From Hydrurus foetidus (lineage: Eukaryota), in the NCBI GenBank assembly GCA_900617105.1, contig UYFQ01000260.1:124001-188000 (forward strand): a stretch of 64,000 nt of DNA. Reading direction: 5' to 3'. This document shows, piece by piece, positions 1 to 10,826 of this stretch. How positions within the stretch are numbered: position 1 is the first letter of the stretch; every line of letters starts with the position of its first letter. The notes beneath the pieces were generated by a model that saw nothing but the letters and a program-made list of their open reading frames with translations, was not told the DNA's origin and made no database searches. The position numbers and the translations under genes are program-made.

Positions 1-1936
1 CTGTCGGTCTGCAGACCGGCCTGTCGGCGTCGCCGGCGTTCGGCGCGCGCCGATGCTGGCCGGGGCCGGTCGCGGCGCGGCTGTCGGCGGCGCCGGGGCG
101 ACCGCCATCACCTTTGCGCGCCTGGTCTGGGCCTTTGTGACCTCGGACTTTTCGGTCGCCAACGTGGCGGCCAACTCGCACACGGCCAAGCCGATGCTGT
201 TCAAGGTGGCCGGCGCCTGGGGCAGCCATGAGGGCTCGCTGGTGCTCTGGTGCCTGGTCCTGACGGTGTTCGGCGCGGCCATGGCCCTGTTCGGCGCCAG
301 TCTGCCGCCCCGCCTGCGGGCCTATGCGGTGGCGGTGCAGGGCGCGCTGGGCGTGATGTTCCTGGCCTATACCGTCTTCGCCTCCAACCCGATGGCCCGG
401 CTGGGCGATGTCCCGATCGAGGGGCGCTCGCTCAATCCGCTGCTGCAGGACTGGGCCCTGGCCGTGCATCCGCCCTTCCTTTACGCGGGCTATGTCGGCT
501 TCTCGGTGGTCTATAGCCTGGCCATGGCGGCCCTGATCGACGGCCGTGTCGATGCGGCCTGGGCCCGCTGGGTGCGGCCCTGGACCCTGGCGGCCTGGAG
601 CCTGCTGACCATCGGCATCACCCTGGGCGCCTTCTGGGCCTATTACGAACTGGGCTGGGGCGGCTGGTGGTTCTGGGATCCGGTCGAGAACGCCAGCTTC
701 ATGCCCTGGCTGATCGGCGCGGCCCTGCTGCACTCGGCCATCGTGATGGAAAAGCGCGGCGCCCTGCCGGGCTGGACCGTGTTCCTGGCCCTGTCGGCCT
801 TCACCTTCTCGATGCTGGGCGCCTTCCTGGTGCGCTCGGGCGTGCTGACCAGCGTCCACGCCTTCGCGGTCGACCCGACCCGGGGTGTGCTGCTGCTGAT
901 CATGATGGGCATCGCTGCGGGCGCCGGCTTCCTGCTGTTCGCCCTGCGCGCGCCGGCCCTGAACTCCGGCGGCCTGTTCGCCCCGGTCAGCCGCGAGAGC
1001 GCCATCGTGCTCAACAACATCGTGCTGTCGACCGCCACGGCCACCGTGCTGCTGGGCACCCTGTATCCGCTGATCCGCGAGGCCATCGACGGCGAGGCGG
1101 TGTCGGTGGGCCCGCCGTTCTTCAACCTGACCTTTACGCCGCTGATGCTGCTGGCCCTGGCTATCCTGCCGGCCGGACCGCTGCTGGCCTGGAAGCGCGG
1201 CGACGCCTCGGCCGTGATGCGCCGTCTGTGGGTGGCCCTGGCCGCCGCCGCCGTGCTGGGCCTGGTCACCTATGCCGTCGTCACCCCGCGCAAGGCCCTG
1301 GCCAGCGCCGGCGTCGCCCTGGGCTTCTGGCTGATCGGCGGGGCGCTGGCCGAGCTGGCCGAGCGGCTGAAAGTCCTGCGCGCCCCGATCGCCGAGGTCT
1401 GGCGGCGCGCCGTCGGCCTGCCGCGCGGCGCCTGGGGCACGACCCTGGCCCATGCCGGCATGGGCGTCTTTGTGCTGGGCGCCTCGTTCGAGACCGCCTG
1501 GCGGGTCGAGCAGGCCCAGGCCCTGAGCCTGAACCAGTCGTTCAAGCTGGGCGCCTATACCCTGACCCTGACCGACGTCGGCACGGTCGAAGGGCCCAAC
1601 TATCTGGCCGAGCGCGGCCTGGTGCGGATCACTGACGCCGCCGGCCGGGTGGTCTGCAAGGCGCAGCCCGAGCGCCGCTTCTATCCCACCGGCGGACAGA
1701 CCACCTCCGAGGTCCATATCTGCCCCAAGGGGCTGGACGATCTCTATATCGTGCTGGGCGAGCGCCGGGCCGGGGAGGGCGGCAAGCCCGCCTGGCTGGT
1801 GCGCGCCTACGTCAATCCGTGGGTGCGGCTGATCTTCCTGGGGCCGCTTCTGATGGCCATCGGCGGCGCGGTGTCGCTGTCGGACCGCCGGCTGCGGCTG
1901 GGCGTCGGGCGCAAGGCGTCGGAGGCTCGGGCATGA
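1..1936 (+). CDS. ccmF: Cytochrome c biogenesis heme lyase CcmF (5' end lies upstream of the window)
   Basis: Multi-TM protein with WGSHEGS, HPP and WAYYELGWGGWWFWDPVENAS (WWD) motifs and SVHAF. Confidence 0.95.
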   Translation, partial: CRSADRPVGVAGVRRAPMLAGAGRGAAVGGAGATAITFARLVWAFVTSDFSVANVAANSHTAKPMLFKVAGAWGSHEGSLVLWCLVLTVFGAAMALFGASLPPRLRAYAVAVQGALGVMFLAYTVFASNPMARLGDVPIEGRSLNPLLQDWALAVHPPFLYAGYVGFSVVYSLAMAALIDGRVDAAWARWVRPWTLAAWSLLTIGITLGAFWAYYELGWGGWWFWDPVENASFMPWLIGAALLHSAIVMEKRGALPGWTVFLALSAFTFSMLGAFLVRSGVLTSVHAFAVDPTRGVLLLIMMGIAAGAGFLLFALRAPALNSGGLFAPVSRESAIVLNNIVLSTATATVLLGTLYPLIREAIDGEAVSVGPPFFNLTFTPLMLLALAILPAGPLLAWKRGDASAVMRRLWVALAAAAVLGLVTYAVVTPRKALASAGVALGFWLIGGALAELAERLKVLRAPIAEVWRRAVGLPRGAWGTTLAHAGMGVFVLGASFETAWRVEQAQALSLNQSFKLGAYTLTLTDVGTVEGPNYLAERGLVRITDAAGRVVCKAQPERRFYPTGGQTTSEVHICPKGLDDLYIVLGERRAGEGGKPAWLVRAYVNPWVRLIFLGPLLMAIGGAVSLSDRRLRLGVGRKASEARA

Positions 1937-2451
1937 GGGTGCTGCGGACGCTGTGCGTCACACTGGCCGCCATCGCCTGCATGGCCGCCGCGTCCGAACC
2001 CAATGAGCGCCTGCCCGACCCGGCGCAGGAGGCTCGCGCCCGCGTCCTGTTCCGCGAGGTGCGCTGCCTGGTCTGCCAGAACGAGTCGATCGACGATTCC
2101 CAGGCCGACCTCGCCGCCGATCTGCGAGGCGTCGTCCGGCAGGAGATCGCCAAAGGCCGCAGCGATCGCGAGGTCCGCGCGTTTCTGGTGGCGCGCTACG
2201 GCGAGTTTGTTCTGCTCAAGCCGCCGTTTTCGCCGGGCAATCTCGCGCTGTGGCTGGCTCCCCTGGGGATTCTGGTTGTCGGCGGCGGGCTGATGGCGAC
2301 GCTTCTGCGTCGGCGGCGCGAAGATGGCGCGGTCGAGCCGGACGAGGCCGAGGGCCTGTCTTCCGAAGAAGAAGCGCGGCTTGCGGCCCTGCTTGAAGAC
2401 AAAGGCCACGATTGCGCCGAAAAGACCCCGCAAGAAGCACCTCCGGCGTGA
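1933..2451 (+). CDS. ccmH: Cytochrome c biogenesis protein CcmH (CycL-like)
   Basis: RCLVCQNESI (CxxC) and RYGEFVLLKPP motifs followed by a TM helix; ATGA overlap with ccmF. Confidence 0.92.
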   Translation: MRVLRTLCVTLAAIACMAAASEPNERLPDPAQEARARVLFREVRCLVCQNESIDDSQADLAADLRGVVRQEIAKGRSDREVRAFLVARYGEFVLLKPPFSPGNLALWLAPLGILVVGGGLMATLLRRRREDGAVEPDEAEGLSSEEEARLAALLEDKGHDCAEKTPQEAPPA

Positions 2452-2587
2452 CGCAAAGATAATTCGAGAACCATTGCGCGTTACGCCATCACGGCTAGGT
2501 TCTTCTGCGAAACTTCGTTTTCAGCCCGAGCCAGGAGCAGGCTGGAGTCCCGGCGCTTTGCGCCAAATGGGTGAGGAAAGACAAGAG

Positions 2588-4148
2588 ATGACCGCTAGGA
2601 AGTCGGGTTTCATTGTGGGCGCCGTTGCCGGCGCGGGCGTCGCCGCCGCCGCTCTGGCGGGTATGGGCATGCGAATGGGTACGGCCGGTGCGGCCGAGGC
2701 TCCCGCCGTGATCCGTGTCTCGACGGTCGCCGCCCCGTCCTTCGCGCCGCCAGGGCCCCGATGTCTTTCGCCGACATCTTCGAGCGGGTCGCCCCGGCCG
2801 TGGTGCAGATCGACGTGACCTCCAGGTCAGCCCCTCGCGCGGCCTGCCCATCCCGGGCCTGCCCGGCTTCGACTTCCAGCCGCGCGGTCAAGCCGAAGCC
2901 AGGCGAAGACGACACCCCCGCCGCGCCCAGCAGCAGTCCTCGGGCTCGGGCTTCTTCATCTCGGCCGACGGCTATATCGTCACCAACAATCACGTCGTCG
3001 CCGACGCGGACGAGATCAATGTCGTCATGAAGGACGGCCGCCAGCTGAAGGCCACCGTGGTCGGTCGCGACGAAGGCACCGACCTGGCGGTGATCCGGGT
3101 CACCGATCCCAAGGCCAAGGGCGCGGCCTTCCCCTATGTCGATTTCGAGAACCAGGCCAAGCCGCGCGTCGGCGACTGGGTTATCACCATCGGCAACCCG
3201 TTCGGCCTGGGCGGCACCGCCACGGCCGGCATCATCTCGGCCTATAACCGCGACCTGGGCGACAGCTCCTCGCGGTTCGTCGACTACATCCAGATCGACG
3301 CGCCGATCAACCGGGGCAATTCGGGTGGTCCCAGCTTCGACATCTTCGGCCGCGTGATCGGCGTCAACACGGCGATCTTCTCGCCGACGGGCGGCTCGGT
3401 CGGCATCGGCTTTGCGATCCCGGCCGACGTGGCCGAGGCGACCGCCAAGCAACTGATCGCCAACGGCAAGGTCGTGCGCGGCTATATCGGCGCCAACATC
3501 CAGGACTTCTCCGCAGAGATGGCCGAGGCCCAGGGCATGCCCGACGTGAAGGGCGCCATCATCGCCGAGCTGGTTGCAGGCGCACCGGCCGCCAAGGCCG
3601 GCCTGATGCCGGAAGACATCGTCACCGCCGTCAATGGCGTCAACGTCAAGAGCGGCTCGGAACTGACCCGCGAAGTGGCCAAGGCCAAGCCGGGCGATTC
3701 CATCCGCCTGTCGATCCTGCGCGGCGGCAAGCCCCGCACGGTCGAGGTCAAGTCCGGCGTTCGCCCGGCCGAGGACGCCCTGGGCGCCAATGACAACGAC
3801 AAGGAGGACGGCGGCGCGCCAGCCTCGCCCGACAAGCCCCAGAGCCAGAAGTTCGAGGCCCTGGGCCTGACCCTGGCGCCGCTGGATACGACGGCGCGCG
3901 CGACCTACAAGATCGCGCCCGAAGTGCGCGGTGTGCTGATCGCCGGCGTCAAGGCCGACTCCGACGCGGGCGAGAAGGGCCTTGTGAAGGGCGACGTCCT
4001 GTCCAGCGTCAATGGCGTGGCGGTCAACTCCACCGGCGAAGTGGCTGAGGCGATCTCGGCGGCCCAGAAGGGCGGCCGCACCAGCGTGCTGGCCAAGGTG
4101 GTCCGCCAGGGCCGCCCGGTCTTCGTGCCGCTGAAGATCGCACCCTAG
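2588..4148 (+). CDS. degP: DegP/HtrA periplasmic serine protease with two PDZ domains (frameshifts near 2750-2830)
   Basis: GSGFFIS, TNNHVV, DLAV and INRGNSGGP catalytic motifs; signal peptide and SFADIFERVAPAVV lie in neighbouring frames. Confidence 0.9.
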
Positions 4149-4197
4149 ACGGCCCCCGCTCTTCTCCCCTCGCGGGATGGAGCTTGAGGTTCAAACC

Positions 4198-4234
4198 CAT
4201 TGTCGTCCCGGGAACAGGTCCCGGGACGACAATG
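4198..4234. repeat. Perfect 16-bp-arm hairpin (REP-like palindrome, possible terminator)
   Basis: CATTGTCGTCCCGGGA-ACAGG-TCCCGGGACGACAATG downstream of degP. Confidence 0.75.
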
Positions 4235-4335
4235 AAGGTGGCTTGGGAACACCAGGCTCCGCATCAGCATCTCTCCATCATCTGCCTTTGCGGCCGGCTC
4301 CCCGAAGGGTGAGCATCTGACGGCCTCTGGCGCGC

Positions 4336-4348
4336 TCTGACATTTCAG
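4336..4348. promoter_or_regulatory. Candidate GntR operator, copy 1
   Basis: TCTGACATTTCAG is a pseudo-palindrome; its exact reverse complement is at 5191-5203. Confidence 0.6.
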
Positions 4349-4386
4349 CCTACCTATCAGGGCTCAACCCTGACGGAGCCTCACCG

Positions 4387-5115
4387 GTGTCTTCTCTTCC
4401 TGCCAAGGACGCCCGGTCGCGGTTGCTGGTGCTTGACGTCTGTTCTTCGTCGGGACTGGAGGACTGGTCGCCCGATCTGCAGAAGGCCAAGGTCTATGAG
4501 CGGATCCTGCTGGACCTGATCCTGGGCGAACTGGCTCCCGGCGCTCGGCTGGACGAGCAGTCGCTGGCGGCGCGTTACGAGGCGGGTCTGGCCGGGGTTC
4601 GCGACGCCTTGGGTCGTCTCGCCCTGGAAGGTCTGGTCATCCCGTCGCGCCCGCTCGGGCACCTTGGTCGCGCCGCTGGATCTGGTGGAACTGCGTCAGG
4701 GCTACGAGGCCCGCGCCCTGATCGAACCACACTGCGCGGGCCTCGCCGCTCGCCATGCCTCCAAGGCCGAAGCCCAGGCGATCTTCGACGCCTTCGAGGG
4801 CAGGGGAAGAGGCTGCCGCCGATCGTGACCTGCCTGCTGGTGGCCATGGACCAGCGCTTCCACGCCGCCGTGGCCCGGGCCAGCCAGAACCTGTCCCTGG
4901 CCCGCATCCTGATCCCCCTGCAGCACAAGGCCGCCCGGTTCTGGGTGTTCTCGTTCAACGGCGCGACCGAGGCCGAACTGCTGGCCGACATCGAACAGCA
5001 CCGCGACGTGGCCCGGGTCATCGCCAGCGGCGATGTCGAGGGCGCGCGGGCGGCGATGATGCGCGTGCTGAACGTCACGCCCGAGGCGGTGCAACGCCCG
5101 TCGGTCGAGGCCTGA
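4387..5115 (+). CDS. GntR-family (FCD-type) transcriptional regulator (internal frameshifts)
   Basis: wHTH LAPGARLDEQSLAARY...VRDALGRLALEGLV; FCD motif DQRFH...IEQHRDV. Confidence 0.88.
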   Translation: MSSLPAKDARSRLLVLDVCSSSGLEDWSPDLQKAKVYERILLDLILGELAPGARLDEQSLAARYEAGLAGVRDALGRLALEGLVIPSRPLGHLGRAAGSGGTASGLRGPRPDRTTLRGPRRSPCLQGRSPGDLRRLRGQGKRLPPIVTCLLVAMDQRFHAAVARASQNLSLARILIPLQHKAARFWVFSFNGATEAELLADIEQHRDVARVIASGDVEGARAAMMRVLNVTPEAVQRPSVEA

Positions 5116-5190
5116 TCGGTCGCATTGACCCGGAACAAGCTCGGGTTCGAATTGTGAGGCTATAGCGCAACACTGGCCTCATAATCTTAA

Positions 5191-5203
5191 CTGAAATGTC
5201 AGA
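5191..5203. promoter_or_regulatory. Candidate GntR operator, copy 2
   Basis: CTGAAATGTCAGA upstream of the TBDR; reverse complement of 4336-4348. Confidence 0.6.
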
Positions 5204-5294
5204 AGGCATTTTGACCAACCTTGGGTCATCCACCAGATGGTGGACGTCGTCGCCTGGTTCCTTCTCCCGCCGGGCGAGGTTGGGGTTTTCTGTC

Positions 5295-7682
5295 ATGTCG
5301 CTTCGACGCCTGCTGCTCTCGGTCACCGCCTTCACGATGCTGGTCGCCACCGGGGCCTATGCGGAAACCCAGGTCGCCGACCAGGTCGACGCTGTTCTGG
5401 TCCTGGCGCGCGACAAGGCGGGCCTGCTGGAAAAGCAGCCGTCCGATACGGTGTTCGGCATCGACAAGCCGCTGGTCGAGACGCCGCGCTCGGCCAGCCT
5501 GGTCAGCGACCTGACCCTCGAGCGCTTCGGCATCGAGACCCTGGACGGCGTCAGCGCCGTTTCACCCGGGACCCATACCGCCAGTTTCTACGGCGTGCCC
5601 GGCGCGCTCAACATCCGCGGCACCCTGGCCGAGAACTATTTCCGCGGCTTCAAGCGGGTCGAGAACCGCGGCACCTATTCCACGCCGATCGGCGGCGCAG
5701 CGCGGATCGAGGTGCTGCGCAGTCCGCCGACGCGCGGTCTATGGGGCCGGCAAGGTCGGCAGGCTGGTCAACTTCATCCCCAAGTCGGCGCGCGACGAGG
5801 GACGTTCCTGGCCGGGCCCGAGGGTGAGGTCACCGCCACCTTCGGCAGCTACAACAAGAAGCTCGTCACCGGCCAGTTCGGCGCGCCGGTCAGCCTGGAG
5901 CGCAGCGCAGGGCAGGGTCTATGTCTATGGCGAGATCGAGGACAGCCACAGCTACTACCGGGGCATCTATCCACGTCGGCAGCTGATCGAACTGTCGGCC
6001 GATTTCGACCTGGGCAACAGCTGGAGCACGGCCTTTGGCGGCATGGGCTTCCACTCGGACGGCGACGTGCAGACGCCCGGCTGGAACCGCCTGACCCAGG
6101 ACCTGATCGACACCCGCACCTATATCACCGGCCGCGACACCAGCCTGGTCGACGCCGATGGCAATGGCCGTCTCACACCCAACGAGGTTGGCTTCTATCC
6201 CTATGCCAGCGCGCTCTACATTCCGTATTACGGCTTCGCGAGCAGCGACCCGGCCCACACCCTGGACACCGGCGTCGGCAAGACCAAGCTGAACCGCCGC
6301 ACGGTCTATATCAGCCCGGCCGACTTCTCGAAGACCACCACCGGCACGCTCTATTTCGACCTGGCCAAGGACCTGGGCGGCGACAGGACGCTCAAGCTGC
6401 AGCTGTTCCACGACCGCCAGGACAATGAGCGCTTCGTCTCCTACGGCTATCCGTCGGCCATCGACGCCAGGGTCTCGGAGGCCCGCGTCACCCTGGCGCT
6501 TCCCACGACAGTCGGGCTGGTCAGCGCGCGCACCCTTGTCGGCGCCTCATATCGCCAGTTCGAGGGGCGGCGCCGGGAGAGCTTCAATAGCGGCCTGATC
6601 GCCCTGGATCGCCGCGACATCGCCTTCGGGTTCACGCCGACCGACACCATCGACAGCCCGTTCACCGATGAGCCCGGCGGTATCGGCCTGCGCTGGGAGA
6701 ACGACAACCGGTCGGACTGGACCCAGTCGGGCCTGTTCTTCACTTCCGATATCGAGGCCGGGCGCTGGAACCTGATCGTCGGCGGTCGCCATGATCACTA
6801 CGAGGTCGAGAGCCAGGACACCGGCTTCCTCAGCTACACGATCGCCGGCCGGCAAGCGGATGACCGCAACAAGACGACCTGGAACGCCAGCCTGACCTAC
6901 AAGGCCCCGTTCGGCCTGATGCCCTATATCAGCTACGCCAAGGCCTCGGCCCTGGAGATGAGCCAGGCGGGCGATATCGCGCCGTCGCTGGTGGCCGATG
7001 GGTCATGGCTGTCGAGCTCGGATCTCGCCGAGACGGGCGTGAAGTTCCAGCTGCTGGACGGGACGCTGGTGGGCGCGCTGGCCGCCTATCGCCAGAACCG
7101 CACCCAGCTGACCAACAGCTCGCCGCCGACCGTGCAGGGCACGCGCGCCAAGGGCGTCGAGCTGGAGGTTCGCTGGCTGGCCAGCGAGCAACTCAGCTTC
7201 ACCTTCACCGGCAACAGTCAGCGGACCACGATCAAGGGACCGGACGCCTCGTTCCAGTATATCCCGGCCTATACGGCGGGGTGGCGAACCCAACGCCTAT
7301 GGCGGGTCCTATGTGGTCTGGAGCTTCGCGGGTCTTCCAGGACGGGGCGGTGACTATGCCTATACCCTGATCCCCAAGTCGGTGCTCAGCCTGTACGGCG
7401 CCTATACCAGCAAGGGCTATGACTGGGGCCAGGCCGGCGCGACCCTGGGGGTCAGCCACGTGAGCCGAACCGCAGGGACGGTGCAGAACGCTGTCCGCTA
7501 TCCCGCCTATTCGGTGGTCAACGGCTCGGCCTATGTGACGCGCGGCCTTATACGGCTCAGCTCAGCATCGATAATCTGTTCGACACGTTCTATTTCACCC
7601 TGACGCCGATACCTATGCCAATCTGGGCGCGCTGCCCGGCAAGGGTCGCGAATGGCGTGTGACCCTCAAGCGGACGTTTTGA
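5295..7682 (+). CDS. TonB-dependent receptor (several frameshifts)
   Basis: Signal peptide; plug ETPRSASLVS...NIRG...RIEVLR; beta-barrel segments; C-terminal GREWRVTLKRTF. Confidence 0.88.
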
Positions 7683-8971
7683 TCTTGGCTCCAACGAACA
7701 TTCGCCGCCTCTCGCTGCTGGCGGGGTTCAGTCTGCTGCTCTTCCTGATCACCGCCTCGACCTACGGGTCGCTGGGTGTGGTTCTGCCGGCGATGATCGG
7801 TGAGCTGGGCTGGAGTTTCGAGAAGGCGTTCCTGGGCTTTTCGGTGCTGGGCCTGTTCACCGGCGCCTCGTCCTGGCTGCCGGCCATCCTGATCCGCAAG
7901 ATCGGTGTGCGAGGGACCCTGCTGCTGGGTTCGGCGGTGCTGAGCGCCGGCCTGCTGGGCTTCGCGGGGTCCGAGAGCATCGCCCGCTACTATGTCGGCG
8001 CGGCCCTGTGCGGGATCGGCTTCCAGATGGCGGCCCTGATCCCCGGCACCCACGTGCTGTCGGCGCTGTATCGCAAGCGCGCCCTGCCGTTCGGGATCTA
8101 TTTCACCTTCGGCTCGCTGGGCGGCGTCGCCGGCCCGTGGATGGCCCTGGCGATCATGGGCGGCAGCGACAATGACTGGCGACTGTACTGGCTGGTTCAG
8201 GCGGTTCTGGCCTGCGTCGTGGGTGTGTCTGCGCCGCGATGGTCGGCGGTTCGAAGTGGCTGGCGCAGGCCGCCCATGACGTCGATGTCGAGGTGGAGCA
8301 GGAAGCCCGCGAAGCCCCCGCAAACGCCAGGATCCATCGCACATCGCACGAGTGGACCGTCCAGGCGGCGCTGCGCACGCCGCAATTCTATGTGCTGGTC
8401 GCGGCCTATTTCACCCATCTGCTGACCGGCGTGACGGTGGCCAGCGTGTCGGTCAGCCATATCGGCGAGATCGGCGTCGCGGCCGGCATGGCCGCCGCAG
8501 CGGCGGCGGCCATCGGGGCCAAGATGCTGAGCCTGGAATCACTGATGCAGACCCTGGCCCGGCTGGGTGGCGGCCTCATTGGCGACAGCATCGATCCCAA
8601 ATGGCTGCTGGTCGGTGCGCAGGCGATGCTGGTGGCGGGCCTGCTGGCCCTGGCCTCGGCGACCACCGTCCCGCTGATGCTGCTCTACGCCGTCGGCACG
8701 GGGGTCGGCTTTGGCCTGACCGTCCTGGCCGTGACGGTGCTGCTGCTCAACTATTATGGCCGGCGCAGCAATCTGGAGCTGTTTTCCCTGACCTGCCTGG
8801 TCGGGGCCGTCTCGGCGGCGGGTCCGTTCATCGCCGGCGCCATGCGTGACCGACTGGGCGGTTTCGCGCCGACCTTCCAGCTGTTCGCGGCCGTGATCGC
8901 CGTGGTCTTCGTGGCCGCGCTGTTCATGCGCCCCCGTTCCGCCCGCCGACATGGTCGACGTCCCCGACTGA
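7679..8971 (+). CDS. MFS transporter (frameshifted)
   Basis: Two blocks of about 6 TM helices; IRKIGVR, WTVQAALRTPQF and NYYGRR motifs; TTG start overlaps the TBDR stop. Confidence 0.82.
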
Positions 8972-9029
8972 ACCGGGGAGGGATGAAGATCGGCAGTTTT
9001 CGCCCGCCGACCGCGTGCTACGAAAAGGC

Positions 9030-10092
9030 ATGAGCGCGTCTTCTCCCCATCACAAGGATTTCGGCGTCTTCCTGCCGGTGGCCAATGGCGGCTGGATCGT
9101 CTCCGGGACGACGCCGCGCATCGACGGCCTGTATCCACAGAACCGCGCCGCTGCTGTGCTGGCCGACGAGATCGGTCTCGACTTCATCATGTCGATGGCC
9201 AAGTTCCGGGGATTCGGCGGCGCGACCGATCACTGGGGCACGGTGCTGGAATCGGTGACTCTGATGGCGGGCCTGGCCGAAGCCACCAAACGGGTAAAGA
9301 TCTGGGCGACCCTGCATCCGCTGCTGCAGAACCCGGCCGTGGCGGCCAAGATGATCGCCACCCTGGACCACATCAGCGGCGGGCGGGCCGGGCTCAACAT
9401 CGTCGCCGGCGCCTATCGCGAGGAATTCGCCCAGATGAGCGCCTGGGATGAGGCGCTGGATCACGACGACCGCTACGCCCTGGCCGAGGAATGGACCCAT
9501 GTGGTCAAGCGGCTGTGGAGCGAGGCGGGTCACGCATCATGGCCGCTTCTTCAATCTCGATGATTGCCAGTCTGAGCCCAAGCCCCTGTCGCGGCCTCGC
9601 CCGGACCTGATCTGCGCAGGCAGTTCGGCGCGGGGCTTTGCCTTCGCCGTGGCCGAGGCGGACGCCTGCTTCATCGGCGGGGCCACCACCGATGATCGCC
9701 GCGACGCCAGCCGGCGCGCCAAGACGATGGCGCAGACGCTGGGCAAGTCGATCAGAACCTACGCCATGTGCACGGTCATTCACGCCGACACCGACGAAGC
9801 CGCGCAGGCCCTGGCTCAATCCTATGCCGACGGGGTTGATCTGGACGCCGTGCGAACCATGTTGCGAAGCTGGGGCGCGCCCGCCGAAAAGCTGGATGCT
9901 GCGGCCCTCAGGCAAGGAGCGTTCATGACCGAGACCGTGATCGGGTCTCCGGCGACCTGCGGCGAGAAGATCGAGGCCTTTGTCGCCGATTGCGAACTGG
10001 ACGGCCTGATGCTGATCTTCCCCGACTATGTCGCGGGCCTGACCATGTTCGGCGCCGAGATCCTGCCGGGTCTGCGGCGGCGCTTCGCATGA
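9030..10092 (+). CDS. Luciferase-like flavin-dependent monooxygenase, RutA-like paralog (frameshift near 9530)
   Basis: FGVFLPVANGGWIVS, SMAKFRGFGG..HW...ES.TLMAGLA and LDHISGGRAGLNIV align with RutA recalled from memory. Confidence 0.85.
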
Positions 10093-10737
10093 CCCAGGTA
10101 CACCTCCAGTCAGACTGGATCGCGCCGGGCCGGACGGCCCTGCTGATCGTCGACATGCAGGTCGATTTCGCGGCGCCGGAAGGCGTGATCGGCCGCATGG
10201 GCGTCGATCTTTCGACCGTGGGGCCGGCCCTGGCCTGCGCTGAACGCCTGGCCGAGGCGGCGAGAGCGGCGGCCGTTCCGGTGATCTTCGTGGGCCTGTC
10301 GACCACGCCTGGAACCGACTCGCCGATGTGGCGCGAGCGGATGGCGCGGCGGGGCGGTGATCCCGATGTTGAAAGCGACCTGTGCCGGGCAGGGCGGGTC
10401 GGCTCTGACTTCTATGGCCCCAAAGCCCGTCGCGGGCGAACTGGTGCTCGAGAAGATCCGCTACAGCGCCTTCGCCGGCACGGGCCTCGGCGACAGGCTG
10501 CGGGCGCGGGGCATAGACAGCCTGATCCTGTGCGGGCTGACCACCGAGTGCTGCGTCGACTGCACGGCCCGGGACGCCTTTCATCAGGACTTCCACGTCT
10601 TCGTGCCAGCCGACGCCTGCGCCGCTTACGAGGCCGACGTGCATGAGGCGGCGCTGAAGGTCATGGGTCTGAACTTCGCCATCCTGACCGACGTCGATGC
10701 GGTGGTGGACGTCTGGGGGCGAGGTCTCCGGCCGTAA
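10089..10737 (+). CDS. Isochorismatase-family cysteine hydrolase, RutB-like (frameshift near 10425)
   Basis: D-K-C triad in VDMQVDF, EKIRYSAF and GLTTECCV; ATGA overlap with the monooxygenase. Confidence 0.87.
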
Positions 10738-10761
10738 GGCGCGGACGGCCGGCTCAAAGCA

Positions 10762-10799
10762 AAGAAAAAGCCGCCCCGGGTGACCGGGGCGGCTCCTTT
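10762..10799. terminator. Rho-independent terminator between convergent genes
   Basis: AGCCGCCCCGG-GTGA-CCGGGGCGGCT with an A-tract on the left and CCTTTC on the right. Confidence 0.85.
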
Positions 10800-10826
10800 C
10801 TGCGTCAATGACGCGAGACGTTAGTC

